In this document: piece by piece, positions 36,920 through 45,949 of the stretch
How the letters are laid out: each line of letters starts with the position of its first letter
How positions within the stretch are numbered: the first letter of the stretch is position 1
DNA from: Dehalococcoidia bacterium
GTDB lineage: Bacteria; Chloroflexota; Dehalococcoidia; SHYD01
Length of the DNA: 64,000 bases
Direction: 5' to 3'
NCBI GenBank assembly: GCA_965226775.1
Contig: CBDDEI010000002.1
Coordinates: 2,082,467-2,146,466 of the forward strand
Notes under the pieces: generated by a model
What the model saw: only the letters and a program-made list of their open reading frames with translations
Databases searched by the model: none
What the model was told of the DNA's origin: nothing
Position numbers and translations under genes: made by a program

Positions 36920-37776
36920 TGCTGCTCTACCGCAAGCTGCGTCTGCTCCTTGAGAACATCCGCTTTGAGCAGTCCGTGTTTGCCCTGCCCTTTGCCTACC
37001 TGGGCATGGTGCTGGCGGCCCAGGGCCTGCCCACGCTTTACCAATTCTTGTGGATCACGCTCGCCATGGTGGGCGCGCGCAGCTTTGCCATGAGCATGAA
37101 CCGCCTCCAAGACTTAGACTTAGACCTTCGCCATATGCGAGCACGTGAGCGGCCAATCCCTTCAGGACGGTTAAGCATTGCGGAGGTGCTGGTGTTCAGC
37201 CTGGCCGCCGCGGCGCTCTTGCTGTTCGCCGCCAGCCAGCTCAATCCGCTGTGCGTCCTGCTCTCCCCCCTCGCCCTAGTGGTGTTCTCCGGCTACTCTT
37301 ATGTGAAGCGGGTGAGCTGGCTCACTCACTTTGTGCTGGGCATCGCGCTGGGCGGCGCGCCGGTAGGGGGCTGGATTGCAGTAACGGGCACATTGGGCTG
37401 GGAGCCGGTGCTGCTCGGACTCTCCGTAGCGGCCTGGGCCAGCGGGTTCGATGTGCTCTATGCCTGCGGAGACGCCGACGAGGATCGCGGTTTGGGCGTC
37501 AAGACTATTCCGGTGCGCTTCGGCATCCCGACTGCGCTGGCGCTCTCTGCCGTGCTCCACGTGATAACGGCGCTGTTGCTCATCAGTGTGGGGGTTGCCT
37601 TTGGGCTAAGCTGGCCTTATTGGCTCGGGCTAACCTTTACCCTTGGCCTCTTGGCCTACCAGCACCGCGTGGTCACTCCAAACGACCTCTCTCGCCTCAA
37701 TGCGGCCTTCTTTACCGTGAACGGTGCAGTGTCCCTCGTCATCTTTCTCAGCGCCTTCATCAGCCTGCCGCGCTAG
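36919..37776 (+). CDS. UbiA-family polyprenyltransferase (4-hydroxybenzoate / dihydroxynaphthoate prenyltransferase-like)
   Basis: Asp-rich motifs (NRLQDLDLD, DVLYACGDADEDR) in a membrane protein of about 285 aa. Confidence 0.8.
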   Translation: MLLYRKLRLLLENIRFEQSVFALPFAYLGMVLAAQGLPTLYQFLWITLAMVGARSFAMSMNRLQDLDLDLRHMRARERPIPSGRLSIAEVLVFSLAAAALLLFAASQLNPLCVLLSPLALVVFSGYSYVKRVSWLTHFVLGIALGGAPVGGWIAVTGTLGWEPVLLGLSVAAWASGFDVLYACGDADEDRGLGVKTIPVRFGIPTALALSAVLHVITALLLISVGVAFGLSWPYWLGLTFTLGLLAYQHRVVTPNDLSRLNAAFFTVNGAVSLVIFLSAFISLPR

Positions 37777-37834
37777 TGTAGACTCCTTGCTATACTATGA
37801 GCGGATTTTAAGAAACTAATGGGAGTACACGCAC

Positions 37835-38491
37835 GTGGCTGAGCAAGCAGAGACCCACGAGCTTCCCCTCTTTCTCCTAAATACCGTCCTGTTCCCCAGA
37901 ATGGAGCTGCCGCTCCGTGTCTTTGAGCAACGCTACCGCGAGATGGTGGCCTTCTGCATGGAAAGGGACCAGACCTTTGGCGTCGTCCTCATCAAACACG
38001 GAAACGAAATCGGCATACCGGCCGTACCCTACTCCGTGGGCACTGCCACGCATATCGACTCCATTGAGAACTTGGCAGACGGCACGCTGGCGGTGATGAC
38101 CAGTGGCGTCCGGCGCTTTGTGCTGGAGGAGGTAATCCAGGAACGGCCCTTCCAGATAGGGCGCGTCACCTATCCGGACGACACCGCTAATCCCCTCTCG
38201 GACACTGCCTTTGCGGAGATACGGGAATTAGCAGCGCGCTGCGTTCAACGCTGGCTAGCGCTCAACCGCCAGTGGATGCGTGAACCACCGCTGCCTCGCA
38301 GCCAGCGCGGCCTCTCCTTCTCCATCGCCACGCGCTTGCCTCTGGAGATGGACGTCAAACAGATGCTGCTGGAATGTCCCAGCGCATCGGAACGCCTGGA
38401 AAAAGAACGAACGCTCCTCGCCCAAGAAGAGGAGCGTCTCAACCGGCTTATTCTGGAGCAGGCCTGGCTCCAGACGGCCAGAATGAACTAG
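37835..38491 (+). CDS. LON N-terminal (substrate-binding) domain protein
   Basis: LPLFLLNTVLFPRMELPLRVFEQRY matches the Lon N-domain signature. No ATPase or protease part. Confidence 0.7.
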   Translation: MAEQAETHELPLFLLNTVLFPRMELPLRVFEQRYREMVAFCMERDQTFGVVLIKHGNEIGIPAVPYSVGTATHIDSIENLADGTLAVMTSGVRRFVLEEVIQERPFQIGRVTYPDDTANPLSDTAFAEIRELAARCVQRWLALNRQWMREPPLPRSQRGLSFSIATRLPLEMDVKQMLLECPSASERLEKERTLLAQEEERLNRLILEQAWLQTARMN

Positions 38492-38856
38492 TCGCCGCTG
38501 CGGCGCACTACTTCAACCCCTGCGTAGTCCAGCGCGCCCGGCAATGGCACGCCCGGCTTCTTCACCCGTACCAGCACGCCGTTCACGGGAAACGTTTGCA
38601 GCACCTTGTTCGCTATAGCCGTTGCAAGGGCTTCCAGTAAGCGATAGGGCGCACCCTGCACGATTGGGGCCACTGTCTCGTACACTTTGCCGTAATCGAT
38701 GGTGTCGGCTAGGTCATCGGAGTCACCACTCTTGGAGAGGTCCGTCTCCAGCTCCACGTCTACTACAAAACGCTGGCCCAAGCGCTGCTCTTCGGGCGAC
38801 ACCCCGTGATAGCCGTAGAAGACCATGCCGTGCAACAGCATGCGGTCAGCGGTCAC
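38488..38856 (-). CDS. folB: Dihydroneopterin aldolase
   Basis: LHGMVFYGYHGV...GQRFVVDVEL FolB motifs. 122 aa. Confidence 0.85.
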   Translation of the reverse strand: MTADRMLLHGMVFYGYHGVSPEEQRLGQRFVVDVELETDLSKSGDSDDLADTIDYGKVYETVAPIVQGAPYRLLEALATAIANKVLQTFPVNGVLVRVKKPGVPLPGALDYAGVEVVRRSGD

Positions 38857-39442
38857 GATAGGGATTGACTCCTTGTAACCCTAGTACCGGCGCGGCCTCT
38901 TTCATGGCATCAATGACAAAGGCGATGTGCTCCTTCATGTCCAAGTCCATGTCTTCAATGCCTACCCGGATATCCTCGCGGCTGACCGACCTCGCAAAAG
39001 CCTTGTCTTTCATCTTCTTGATGACCGAATCCGCATCAACTTCCCATATGCTCTTGTTGGGCTTGACCAGGGCCGTAGCGGTAACCAGACCCGTTAACTC
39101 ATCTACAGAAAAGAGGGCCTTATCCAGCAACGTAGAGCGGGGCACACCCGTAGCCGCGTTGTGGGCCATCACCGCATGGACCACCTCCTCCGGAAAGCTG
39201 CGCTCCGTGAGAATGCGTCCTCCCACCGTGGCATGCTCTTCTGGCGCGGGATATTGCTCGTAGTCAAAATCATGGAGCAGTCCCGTCATGCCCCAGAGGT
39301 TCCGATCCTGCTTGAATTTCAACGCGTAGGCCCGCATCACTGCCTCAACGGTCAGTCCATGCTTAACCAGGCTGTCTGCCTTAGTCAGCTCTGAGAAGAC
39401 TTCCCAGGCATCCGAGCGGGTTTTCTTGCTGGCCTCTGCCAT
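38846..39442 (-). CDS. HD-domain phosphohydrolase
   Basis: The LLHDFDY H-D dyad and AHNAA are present. Confidence 0.7.
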   Translation of the reverse strand: MAEASKKTRSDAWEVFSELTKADSLVKHGLTVEAVMRAYALKFKQDRNLWGMTGLLHDFDYEQYPAPEEHATVGGRILTERSFPEEVVHAVMAHNAATGVPRSTLLDKALFSVDELTGLVTATALVKPNKSIWEVDADSVIKKMKDKAFARSVSREDIRVGIEDMDLDMKEHIAFVIDAMKEAAPVLGLQGVNPYRDR

Positions 39443-39570
39443 ATCTCACCTCAGCGTTATTTGCTACACCATATATATTGAGCACAAATTTGCACTCTGT
39501 AACCTTGACGCACCTTGCACCCGATGCTATGATGCTGCTGTTTGTGATTTTTGTCATTAAGAGACACAGC

Positions 39571-40014
39571 ATGGAGCGTCTACTAGTAGCCTTAGGTCTG
39601 ATCATTGCGTTAAGCATTGCGTGTGCGCAAGCTGGCCCTGTGCCCGCCACTCCTGTCGGCGGCGGCCCCATGCCCACAGCTACTCGTCCCGCAACAGAAG
39701 ACAGCGGGGTGATTCCCGGTCAGTCTCCTGAAGATGCTGGGAAGGGGCTGTTGACCACCAAGGGCTGCATAGCATGCCACACTGTTCCCAACCTACCCGG
39801 CGCTGTCGGGACTATCGGCCCAGCACTGGAAGGGGTTGCGGATCCCGAAAAACGGCCTACTATTGCGGACGGCAATTTGGCTAACACCCCAAGCAACATG
39901 AGGCGCTGGCTTTCCAACCCCCCAGCCGTAAAATCAGGCACTTTGATGCCCAATTTGAGCCTGAGTCCCGACGAAATAGACAGCCTGTTAGCGTATCTAC
40001 AAACGCTGAAGTAA
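39571..40014 (+). CDS. Class I c-type cytochrome lipoprotein
   Basis: CIACH heme-binding motif. Signal peptide with SIAC lipobox. ORF-track start 39478 is an in-frame alternative. Confidence 0.75.
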   Translation: MERLLVALGLIIALSIACAQAGPVPATPVGGGPMPTATRPATEDSGVIPGQSPEDAGKGLLTTKGCIACHTVPNLPGAVGTIGPALEGVADPEKRPTIADGNLANTPSNMRRWLSNPPAVKSGTLMPNLSLSPDEIDSLLAYLQTLK

Positions 40015-40036
40015 CCCCCTACGGGGGTTACTTTCT
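40013..40036. terminator. Bidirectional rho-independent terminator (AACCCCC-tac-GGGGGTT, then T tract)
   Basis: Perfect 7-bp GC stem immediately after the cytochrome stop, between convergent genes. Confidence 0.7.
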
Positions 40037-40653
40037 TACGGCCTTGGTCCGCCTATGGTAGAAGCGATCTCTTCTATTGAAGGGCGGCCTTCTCTCTGAG
40101 ACGCCTCTAACTGCCGGTAAATGGTGATGAGCTTGCAGCACTCTTCCAGCAGTGAGGTCCAGCGGTGCGCCTCTTCCAGCAACTGCCCCACAGCAAAAGT
40201 GCCGTGGCCGCGCACAACTACTACTTTTGACTCCTTCAGGAGCGACGCCAGCTCTTCAGCCACCGTACGCACCTGAAACACCACCTCATCGCCCACAACC
40301 GGCACGAGTTCCAGATTATGCCGAGCTTCCGCATCCAACGGCTGGATGACCCGCTCACGCAGCGAGAGCGCAACGGCATACGCCGGATGCGCGTGGACAA
40401 TAGCATGCGCGCCCGTGCGCTGATAGAGGAAGCGGTGAATAGATAGCTCCGACGAAGCGGAGGGCGTGGCGCGGTCGTTCCAGTCCACACCTGTCTCCAC
40501 CATGTCTCGCTCCCTGAGGTGGGCCAACCGGGAGGCTCGCCGAGTGATGATAAGCTTGTCACCAGCCCGCACGCTCAGGTTGCCACCGTGGGAGGACACC
40601 AGCCCTCTTGTAAAAAGATCGCTGCCTACTTCTTGAAACTCTTGTAAGCGCAT
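40036..40653 (-). CDS. Class II aldolase/adducin-family protein
   Basis: SSHGGNLS ... HAHP motifs typical of fuculose-phosphate aldolase / MTRu-1-P dehydratase. Confidence 0.75.
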   Translation of the reverse strand: MRLQEFQEVGSDLFTRGLVSSHGGNLSVRAGDKLIITRRASRLAHLRERDMVETGVDWNDRATPSASSELSIHRFLYQRTGAHAIVHAHPAYAVALSLRERVIQPLDAEARHNLELVPVVGDEVVFQVRTVAEELASLLKESKVVVVRGHGTFAVGQLLEEAHRWTSLLEECCKLITIYRQLEASQREGRPSIEEIASTIGGPRP

Positions 40654-40870
40654 GAGGCTACCTCACTCAACTAACTCATCCATCCCATTCATATAGATAT
40701 AACAAGAAAGTACGGTCTTAGTAACAGCTTTTTTGCATTATACGGAATGCTTTCAGCCGCCGCCAAATCCAGCAGCGCTGCCCCCTGCAAAGCCGTTGTA
40801 TACTACCTAGAGCTTCAAGCAAGCTAAGGCTCAACGCTCCTAGCTACTATCCTGCGATACTACAGACCTT

Positions 40871-41665
40871 ATGCGCAAGTTCGTTTCTACTAGACCTGAC
40901 CCCTACGCTGCCATTGCCAGGTTCTACGACCTGGAGTACAGGGATTACGATGAAGACCTTCCCCTCTACCTGAGCCTTGCTCAGAAGAGCGGCGGGCCCA
41001 TACTGGACGGCGGCGCTGGCACAGGGCGCGTCGCTCAGGCGTTGGCGGAAGCAGGACACACCGTGGTGGGACTAGACATCTCGCCCGCGATGCTGGAGCT
41101 TGCGCAGCAGCAGATTCCGAAGGACATCGCAAAGCGCATCACCCTGGCGCTGGGCGACCTGCGGAAGTTCAGCCGCCCGGAGCGGTTCACCCTTGCCCTG
41201 CTGGCCGTCAACACCTTCGACTACTTTGCAACGCGGGAGGAGCAGGAGCAGGCCCTCAGCTGCTTATGGGAGCACCTGGCGCCGGAGGGGATGCTGGTTA
41301 TAGCGCTCCAGAATCCGTATCTCTGGGCAGTGGACACTCAACAGCACGAGACTATTCTTGAATGGGACCTCGCCGGCCCTGATGAGGGAGAGCACACGAA
41401 GAAGTTCTCTTCCGGATGGTCTGATCTCGCTAATCAAGTTCGCCATGTTGCTTTATGGTATGATGTCGCAGGCCCCAGCGGGGCGCTCCACCGTATTTCC
41501 ACCTCCATGACTCTCCGCTGGAGCTACCGTTTTGAGCTTGAGTTGCTTCTGGAGCAGGCGAGTTTTCACGCCGAGCAATGGTACGGCTCCTACGACTTAG
41601 AGCCGTATATGGACGACAGCCCCTTGCTCCTTGTAGTGGCAAGAAAAGCCCCCAAAAAACGGTAG
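40871..41665 (+). CDS. Class I SAM-dependent methyltransferase
   Basis: ILDGGAGTGRV motif I. LDISPAML. Confidence 0.8.
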   Translation: MRKFVSTRPDPYAAIARFYDLEYRDYDEDLPLYLSLAQKSGGPILDGGAGTGRVAQALAEAGHTVVGLDISPAMLELAQQQIPKDIAKRITLALGDLRKFSRPERFTLALLAVNTFDYFATREEQEQALSCLWEHLAPEGMLVIALQNPYLWAVDTQQHETILEWDLAGPDEGEHTKKFSSGWSDLANQVRHVALWYDVAGPSGALHRISTSMTLRWSYRFELELLLEQASFHAEQWYGSYDLEPYMDDSPLLLVVARKAPKKR

Positions 41666-42007
41666 AGGCCGTGACCTGCCGGTAGTTTTAGTGTTTATAA
41701 CAATCGAAGACTTTAGTACGTAGATAGAGGCAGCGTGGAATTACCTGCATCACAAGTACGACACAGCTTAAAGATAGCGCACGCAATCCTAAAGCGCGCT
41801 CCCTCAAACTGTCCCAGTAAGATGGTTTCAGTAGGAGCGTCTGCCCTCCTAGTGGTCGCCTCAGCGGTCATGGCCCGCTTGGTCATCACCAAACCGGAAG
41901 ATGCCGCCCACGTCGAGGCCAAGGAGTTTTGTCGGAACTGCGCCGTTCGGCCTCAATGCAAGCACAGCCTGGTAAAGTAACCAACCCCTGCTTGTAGCCA
42001 CCTCAAG

Positions 42008-43018
42008 ATGCGCATCGCGGTAGACGCTATGGGGGGTGATGCCGCCCCCCAGGTAGTAGTTGAGGGTGCTCTTGCCTTCGCTGCTCAATCCCCAGTAGAA
42101 GTACTCCTCGTCGGCCAGGAAGAGGCCATCCTCCCCCTTCTCAACGCACGCGGCTCTGTGCCCAGTTCTATTCACGTTCACCACGCGCCGCAGATTGTGG
42201 AGATGGGCGAGCACCCCTCCGTTGCCGTGCGCCAAAAATCAGCGTCCTCCATTGCTCTCGGCCTGAAGCTGGTCAAGGACGGCGAGGCGGAGGCCTTTGT
42301 CTCGGCAGGCAACACCGGCGCCGTGATGGCGTTTAGCCTCCACCTCGTAGGGCGGCTACCCGGCGTCGAGCGGCCGGCGCTGGGAGCGGTGTTCTCCGCC
42401 CAGGACCGTCCGTGCCTGCTCATAGACGCGGGCGCAAACGCAGACTGCAAGCCTAGCTACTTACTCCAGTTCGCTGGGATGGGCAGCGCATACATGCGCG
42501 GCACCTTCGGCATAGACGAGCCTCTGGTTGGGCTGCTGAACATCGGCGGGGAAGAGGGCAAAGGCAACCAACTAGCCCAAGCCTCCTATAAGCTGCTTCA
42601 AGAGAGCGGCCTGCCTTTCATAGGCAACGTAGAGGGCCAGGAGCTCTCCCACGGGCGTGCCCAGGTGGTGGTAACCGACGGCTTTTCCGGTAACGTGGCC
42701 CTTAAGATAGCGGAGGGCACAGCAGCAGTACTGCAGAGCAGCCTCCGTGAAGCCCTCACCGCTAAGCTCCACTACAAGCTGGCGGCAGCCATCCTGCGCC
42801 CTGCATTCCGAGCCGCAGCCCGGCGCTTAGACTACGCCGAATACGGCGGCGCGCCGCTGCTGGGCGTGAATGGCATCGTGATCATCGGCCACGGCAGAAG
42901 CACGCCCCGGGCTATCCAGCAGGCTATCGTAGCGGCTAAGAACGCCGTGGAGGGCAACGTAGTGGAACGCATCCGCGCCTTCACCGCCAACGCTGCCACA
43001 CCTACCGAGGCAGAATGA
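42008..43018 (+). CDS. plsX: Phosphate acyltransferase
   Basis: MRIAVDAMGGDAAP...SAGNTGA conserved PlsX blocks. Confidence 0.9.
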   Translation: MRIAVDAMGGDAAPQVVVEGALAFAAQSPVEVLLVGQEEAILPLLNARGSVPSSIHVHHAPQIVEMGEHPSVAVRQKSASSIALGLKLVKDGEAEAFVSAGNTGAVMAFSLHLVGRLPGVERPALGAVFSAQDRPCLLIDAGANADCKPSYLLQFAGMGSAYMRGTFGIDEPLVGLLNIGGEEGKGNQLAQASYKLLQESGLPFIGNVEGQELSHGRAQVVVTDGFSGNVALKIAEGTAAVLQSSLREALTAKLHYKLAAAILRPAFRAAARRLDYAEYGGAPLLGVNGIVIIGHGRSTPRAIQQAIVAAKNAVEGNVVERIRAFTANAATPTEAE

Positions 43019-43446
43019 CCTATCAACAACCCTGGCGTCTCTTCACCTTGGAAGAAGCAAAGGAGGCGCTCGTCGCCATTGAGCCGCTGGCGCGGGAAGC
43101 CCAGCAGAAGGTCGGCGAGCTGCAATCCTTGCGCTTGAACCAAGGCCGCGCCTTTCAGGAGACACAGCATACTAATGGACACCACACCAACGGGCACCAC
43201 GCAGAGGCCGAGGAAAACGCAACCGGCCAGGGCGAGCGCGCAGAACGGCTGCTGAACGACATCCAAGAGCTTATCAACCAGATCCAGGCGCACGGATGCG
43301 AGCTGAAAGACCCGACGCTGGGGCTGCTGGACTTTCGCGCTATGCGGGACGACAGGATTGTCTATCTATGCTGGAAGCTGGGAGAAGACACTATTGCCTA
43401 CTGGCACGAGCTGGAAACCGGCTACGCCGGCCGTCAGCCGCTTTAG
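43015..43446 (+). CDS. Conserved hypothetical protein (DUF2203-like) coupled to plsX
   Basis: 4-nt overlap with plsX. His-rich low-complexity insert (HTNGHHTNGHH). Confidence 0.5.
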   Translation: MTYQQPWRLFTLEEAKEALVAIEPLAREAQQKVGELQSLRLNQGRAFQETQHTNGHHTNGHHAEAEENATGQGERAERLLNDIQELINQIQAHGCELKDPTLGLLDFRAMRDDRIVYLCWKLGEDTIAYWHELETGYAGRQPL

Positions 43447-43542
43447 CAGCGTATCTGCATAAGCATCGATAGTAATTTTTTAAAGGTTCGGCTATACTGT
43501 TGCTACGCCTAAAAAGCAGCGTGCAACGTTGAAAGGAGCACC

Positions 43543-43854
43543 ATGATCACGGTAACAACCGATGCAGCAGTTCAATTAAAGCAAATTATGGAGAACCAAG
43601 CCCTGACGGACGTCAGCGTGCGTGTATTCGCTCGCGGTCAGTGCGGTTGTGGCAAGATCCACTTCGGCATGGGTTTTGACGACAAGGTTGCCACCGAGGA
43701 CCAGGCCATGGAGAGCGAAGGCGTCAAGCTCCTCTTTGATGAGAAAGTAGCTCCTTCTCTAACTGAGGCAACCATCGACTTCATCGAAACCGAAGCCGGT
43801 CAAGGGTTCACTATCAATACGCCCAACGCGCCGGGCTGCAGCTGCGGCCAGTAG
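43543..43854 (+). CDS. HesB/IscA-family iron-sulfur cluster insertion protein
   Basis: About 100 aa with conserved Cys (GQCGCG...PGCSCGQ). Confidence 0.6.
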   Translation: MITVTTDAAVQLKQIMENQALTDVSVRVFARGQCGCGKIHFGMGFDDKVATEDQAMESEGVKLLFDEKVAPSLTEATIDFIETEAGQGFTINTPNAPGCSCGQ

Positions 43855-43898
43855 GAGTATTCTAGGGCAGGGATACCTCCCCTCCAGACTGCGCGCGT

Positions 43899-43973
43899 GC
43901 CCCTGTAGCTCAGAGGATAGAGCACCGGCCTCCGGAGCCGGGTGCGAGCGTTCGAGTCGCTCCAGGGGTACCA
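43899..43973 (+). tRNA. tRNA-Arg (anticodon CCG)
   Basis: Acceptor GCCCCTG/CAGGGGT (G1-U72), anticodon loop CTCCGGA, T-loop TTCGAGT, CCA encoded. Confidence 0.8.
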
Positions 43974-44030
43974 TCCCCCCTAACTACAACAGCTAAACCC
44001 GCTCTTAATCAGGGCGGGTTCTTCACGAAT

Positions 44031-44784
44031 ATGAGTCAAACACGTCGTCTGCGGCGGGAAGCCGCACGCCAACAACTACAGCTTCGCCTCAGAAGAGCCC
44101 TAGCCACAGGTCGCACGCGCCGCGGGACCTATCCGTGGTGGGCCTTCTGGTCGTCCCCAAAACGCACCATTGCCGTCATCGCGTCGATAGGTATGGCCCT
44201 CGTCATTGGCCTGCCGGCCCTCGCCCCGCCTGCGCCTAGCGACACTCCCGAGCCGACACCCGCCACTATCTCCGAACCAACGCCAGGTCCAGAGTCCAAG
44301 AAAAGATCAGCGCCCCCTGAGATGCAGCTCACCCAGGAAGCAACGTACTCGGCCGCTATCCGCACCAGCCGCGGCGAAGTTAGGGTGAATTTACTTAGCG
44401 CACGAAGCGCCCAATGCAGTGAACAACTTCGTCAGCCTGGCTAATGACCGCTTCTATACCGATACACCCGTTGCTACCAAGTCCACCGCTGCACAGGTCT
44501 ACCTGGGCGGTCTGGACCCTGCCGGCGACGAAGGCCCCGGCTACGGTATCCCCGCGGAGACCACTTCAAGCCAGCCCGCTCTTGGCTCTGTGGTAATGGT
44601 GGACCAGGGCGATGGCACCCTAGGCAGTCAGTTCATCATTGTGCTGGAAGACCAGCCCACCGTCAGCGGCCCGTACACGGTCATTGGTCGGGTGACGGTG
44701 GGCCTGGACGTGGTGCGGCGGCTGACTCCCAACGACCAAATCCTAAGCGTAAATATCACTGAAGCGCCGCCGGCTGGCGGATAG
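44031..44784 (+). CDS. Membrane-anchored cyclophilin-type peptidyl-prolyl isomerase, split by an apparent frameshift near 44390-44410
   Basis: ORF 44031..44444 gives an Arg-rich N-terminus, a TM segment, a Pro-rich linker and the start of the cyclophilin domain. ORF 44419..44784 gives NNFVSLA...GSQFIIV...IGRVTVGLDVV, the cyclophilin core. Confidence 0.7.
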
Positions 44785-44805
44785 CTTCACTTGTAGGAGC
44801 GCTCA

Positions 44806-45171
44806 TTGCACACAGTGGGCGTAGACATCGTCGAAATTGCGCGGGTAGAAGCAGCTCTCGAGCGCTGGGGGGCGCGCTTCCTCAATCGCATCTACACGGA
44901 CAAAGAGATCCGCTATTGCCGCGGGCGTGTTCCAGAACTGGCCGCTCGGTTTGCCGCTAAAGAAGCGGTCATGAAGGCGCTGGGAACCGGCATTAGAGGC
45001 GTGGGCTGGCGAGACATTGAGGTGCTCCCCATGCGCAGCGGCAAGCCTCTGGTCTTCCTCCACGGACGCGCTCAGCAACGGGCGCAGACGCTGGGCTTGG
45101 AGGACTTTGCTATCAGCCTCACCCATTCCAGAGAATTTGCCATCGCTTCGGTGGTAAGTGGCTTCGGATAG
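44806..45171 (+). CDS. acpS: Holo-[acyl-carrier-protein] synthase
   Basis: VGVDIVEIARV...EAVMKALG. TTG (44806) or GTG (44815) start. Confidence 0.85.
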   Translation: MHTVGVDIVEIARVEAALERWGARFLNRIYTDKEIRYCRGRVPELAARFAAKEAVMKALGTGIRGVGWRDIEVLPMRSGKPLVFLHGRAQQRAQTLGLEDFAISLTHSREFAIASVVSGFG

Positions 45172-45949
45172 CGGCGGCAACTCCTCCCGCCAAAGGCGCA
45201 TCCCCAGGGTGCTGATTCCCACGCCCTTCGTCTCTCTTATTGTCGTGCTCCTCGTCGGGCTTGCGAGCGCCGCCGCGGGCAGCCGCACCACGGAGCGCTC
45301 AGTTACCGTTCAGCGTGAGGTTACCATTGCGCCTGAAGCTACCACCGCCCAGGCCGCGGCGGCCTCCCCTATCAGCACGGTTGCCACCGGCCCCACTTTT
45401 ATCACCGGCGGCACGATTATCACCGGAAGAGCTGAAACCCTGGTGCTCCATTCGGCCGACGTGTTGCCGCTGTCTCGAGACTTGCGCTTATCCGAGGACC
45501 AAAGCGGCCCCCTCGACTCGGCTTTGGCGAACGGACGCTGGCCCACGCCCACGGGCGAACAGTACAATGCGTGGGGACGAGCCGATGGCCATCGGACCAC
45601 ATACCAGCGCAGGCACCTCGATACCGACTCCAGCGCGCCGGTAGAAGTCTACTCCCAGGTCGATGTCTTCAGCTCGGTCTCCGGCGCACAACAGGCCTTA
45701 GAGGCGGTATCAGCAGAGCGGCGCGCGGCCCCCGCCGTTCCGCTTTCCTACAAAAGGATTGCCAATGCCTCATTTATTCTTATAGGCGCCAATGGCCCCT
45801 TTGTCCAGACGCTGGTAGTCTTCCGGAAGGACAGTGCTGTGGCTCAGGTGCTGGTTACAAGCTATAGAGAGCATCCACCTCAGCAAGCTGCGGTAATACT
45901 GGCACACCTGCTGGAGGAGCGCATCGAGCTGCTGGGAGGCGGCCAGTGA
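45158..45949 (+). CDS. Hypothetical membrane-anchored protein
   Basis: N-terminal TM helix (VSLIVVLLVGLASAAAG). No recognised domain. Confidence 0.45.
   Translation: MASDSGGNSSRQRRIPRVLIPTPFVSLIVVLLVGLASAAAGSRTTERSVTVQREVTIAPEATTAQAAAASPISTVATGPTFITGGTIITGRAETLVLHSADVLPLSRDLRLSEDQSGPLDSALANGRWPTPTGEQYNAWGRADGHRTTYQRRHLDTDSSAPVEVYSQVDVFSSVSGAQQALEAVSAERRAAPAVPLSYKRIANASFILIGANGPFVQTLVVFRKDSAVAQVLVTSYREHPPQQAAVILAHLLEERIELLGGGQ

Noticed and set aside
41735-41980. 81-aa ORF with C-x2-C-x5-C in the 340-bp gap upstream of plsX, considered as rpmF (L32) or another small zinc-ribbon protein
   Set aside because: L32 usually precedes plsX, but this ORF lacks the Lys/Arg-rich N-terminus and the four-Cys ribbon of L32. 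It has a weak RBS and generic composition. It is left unannotated.
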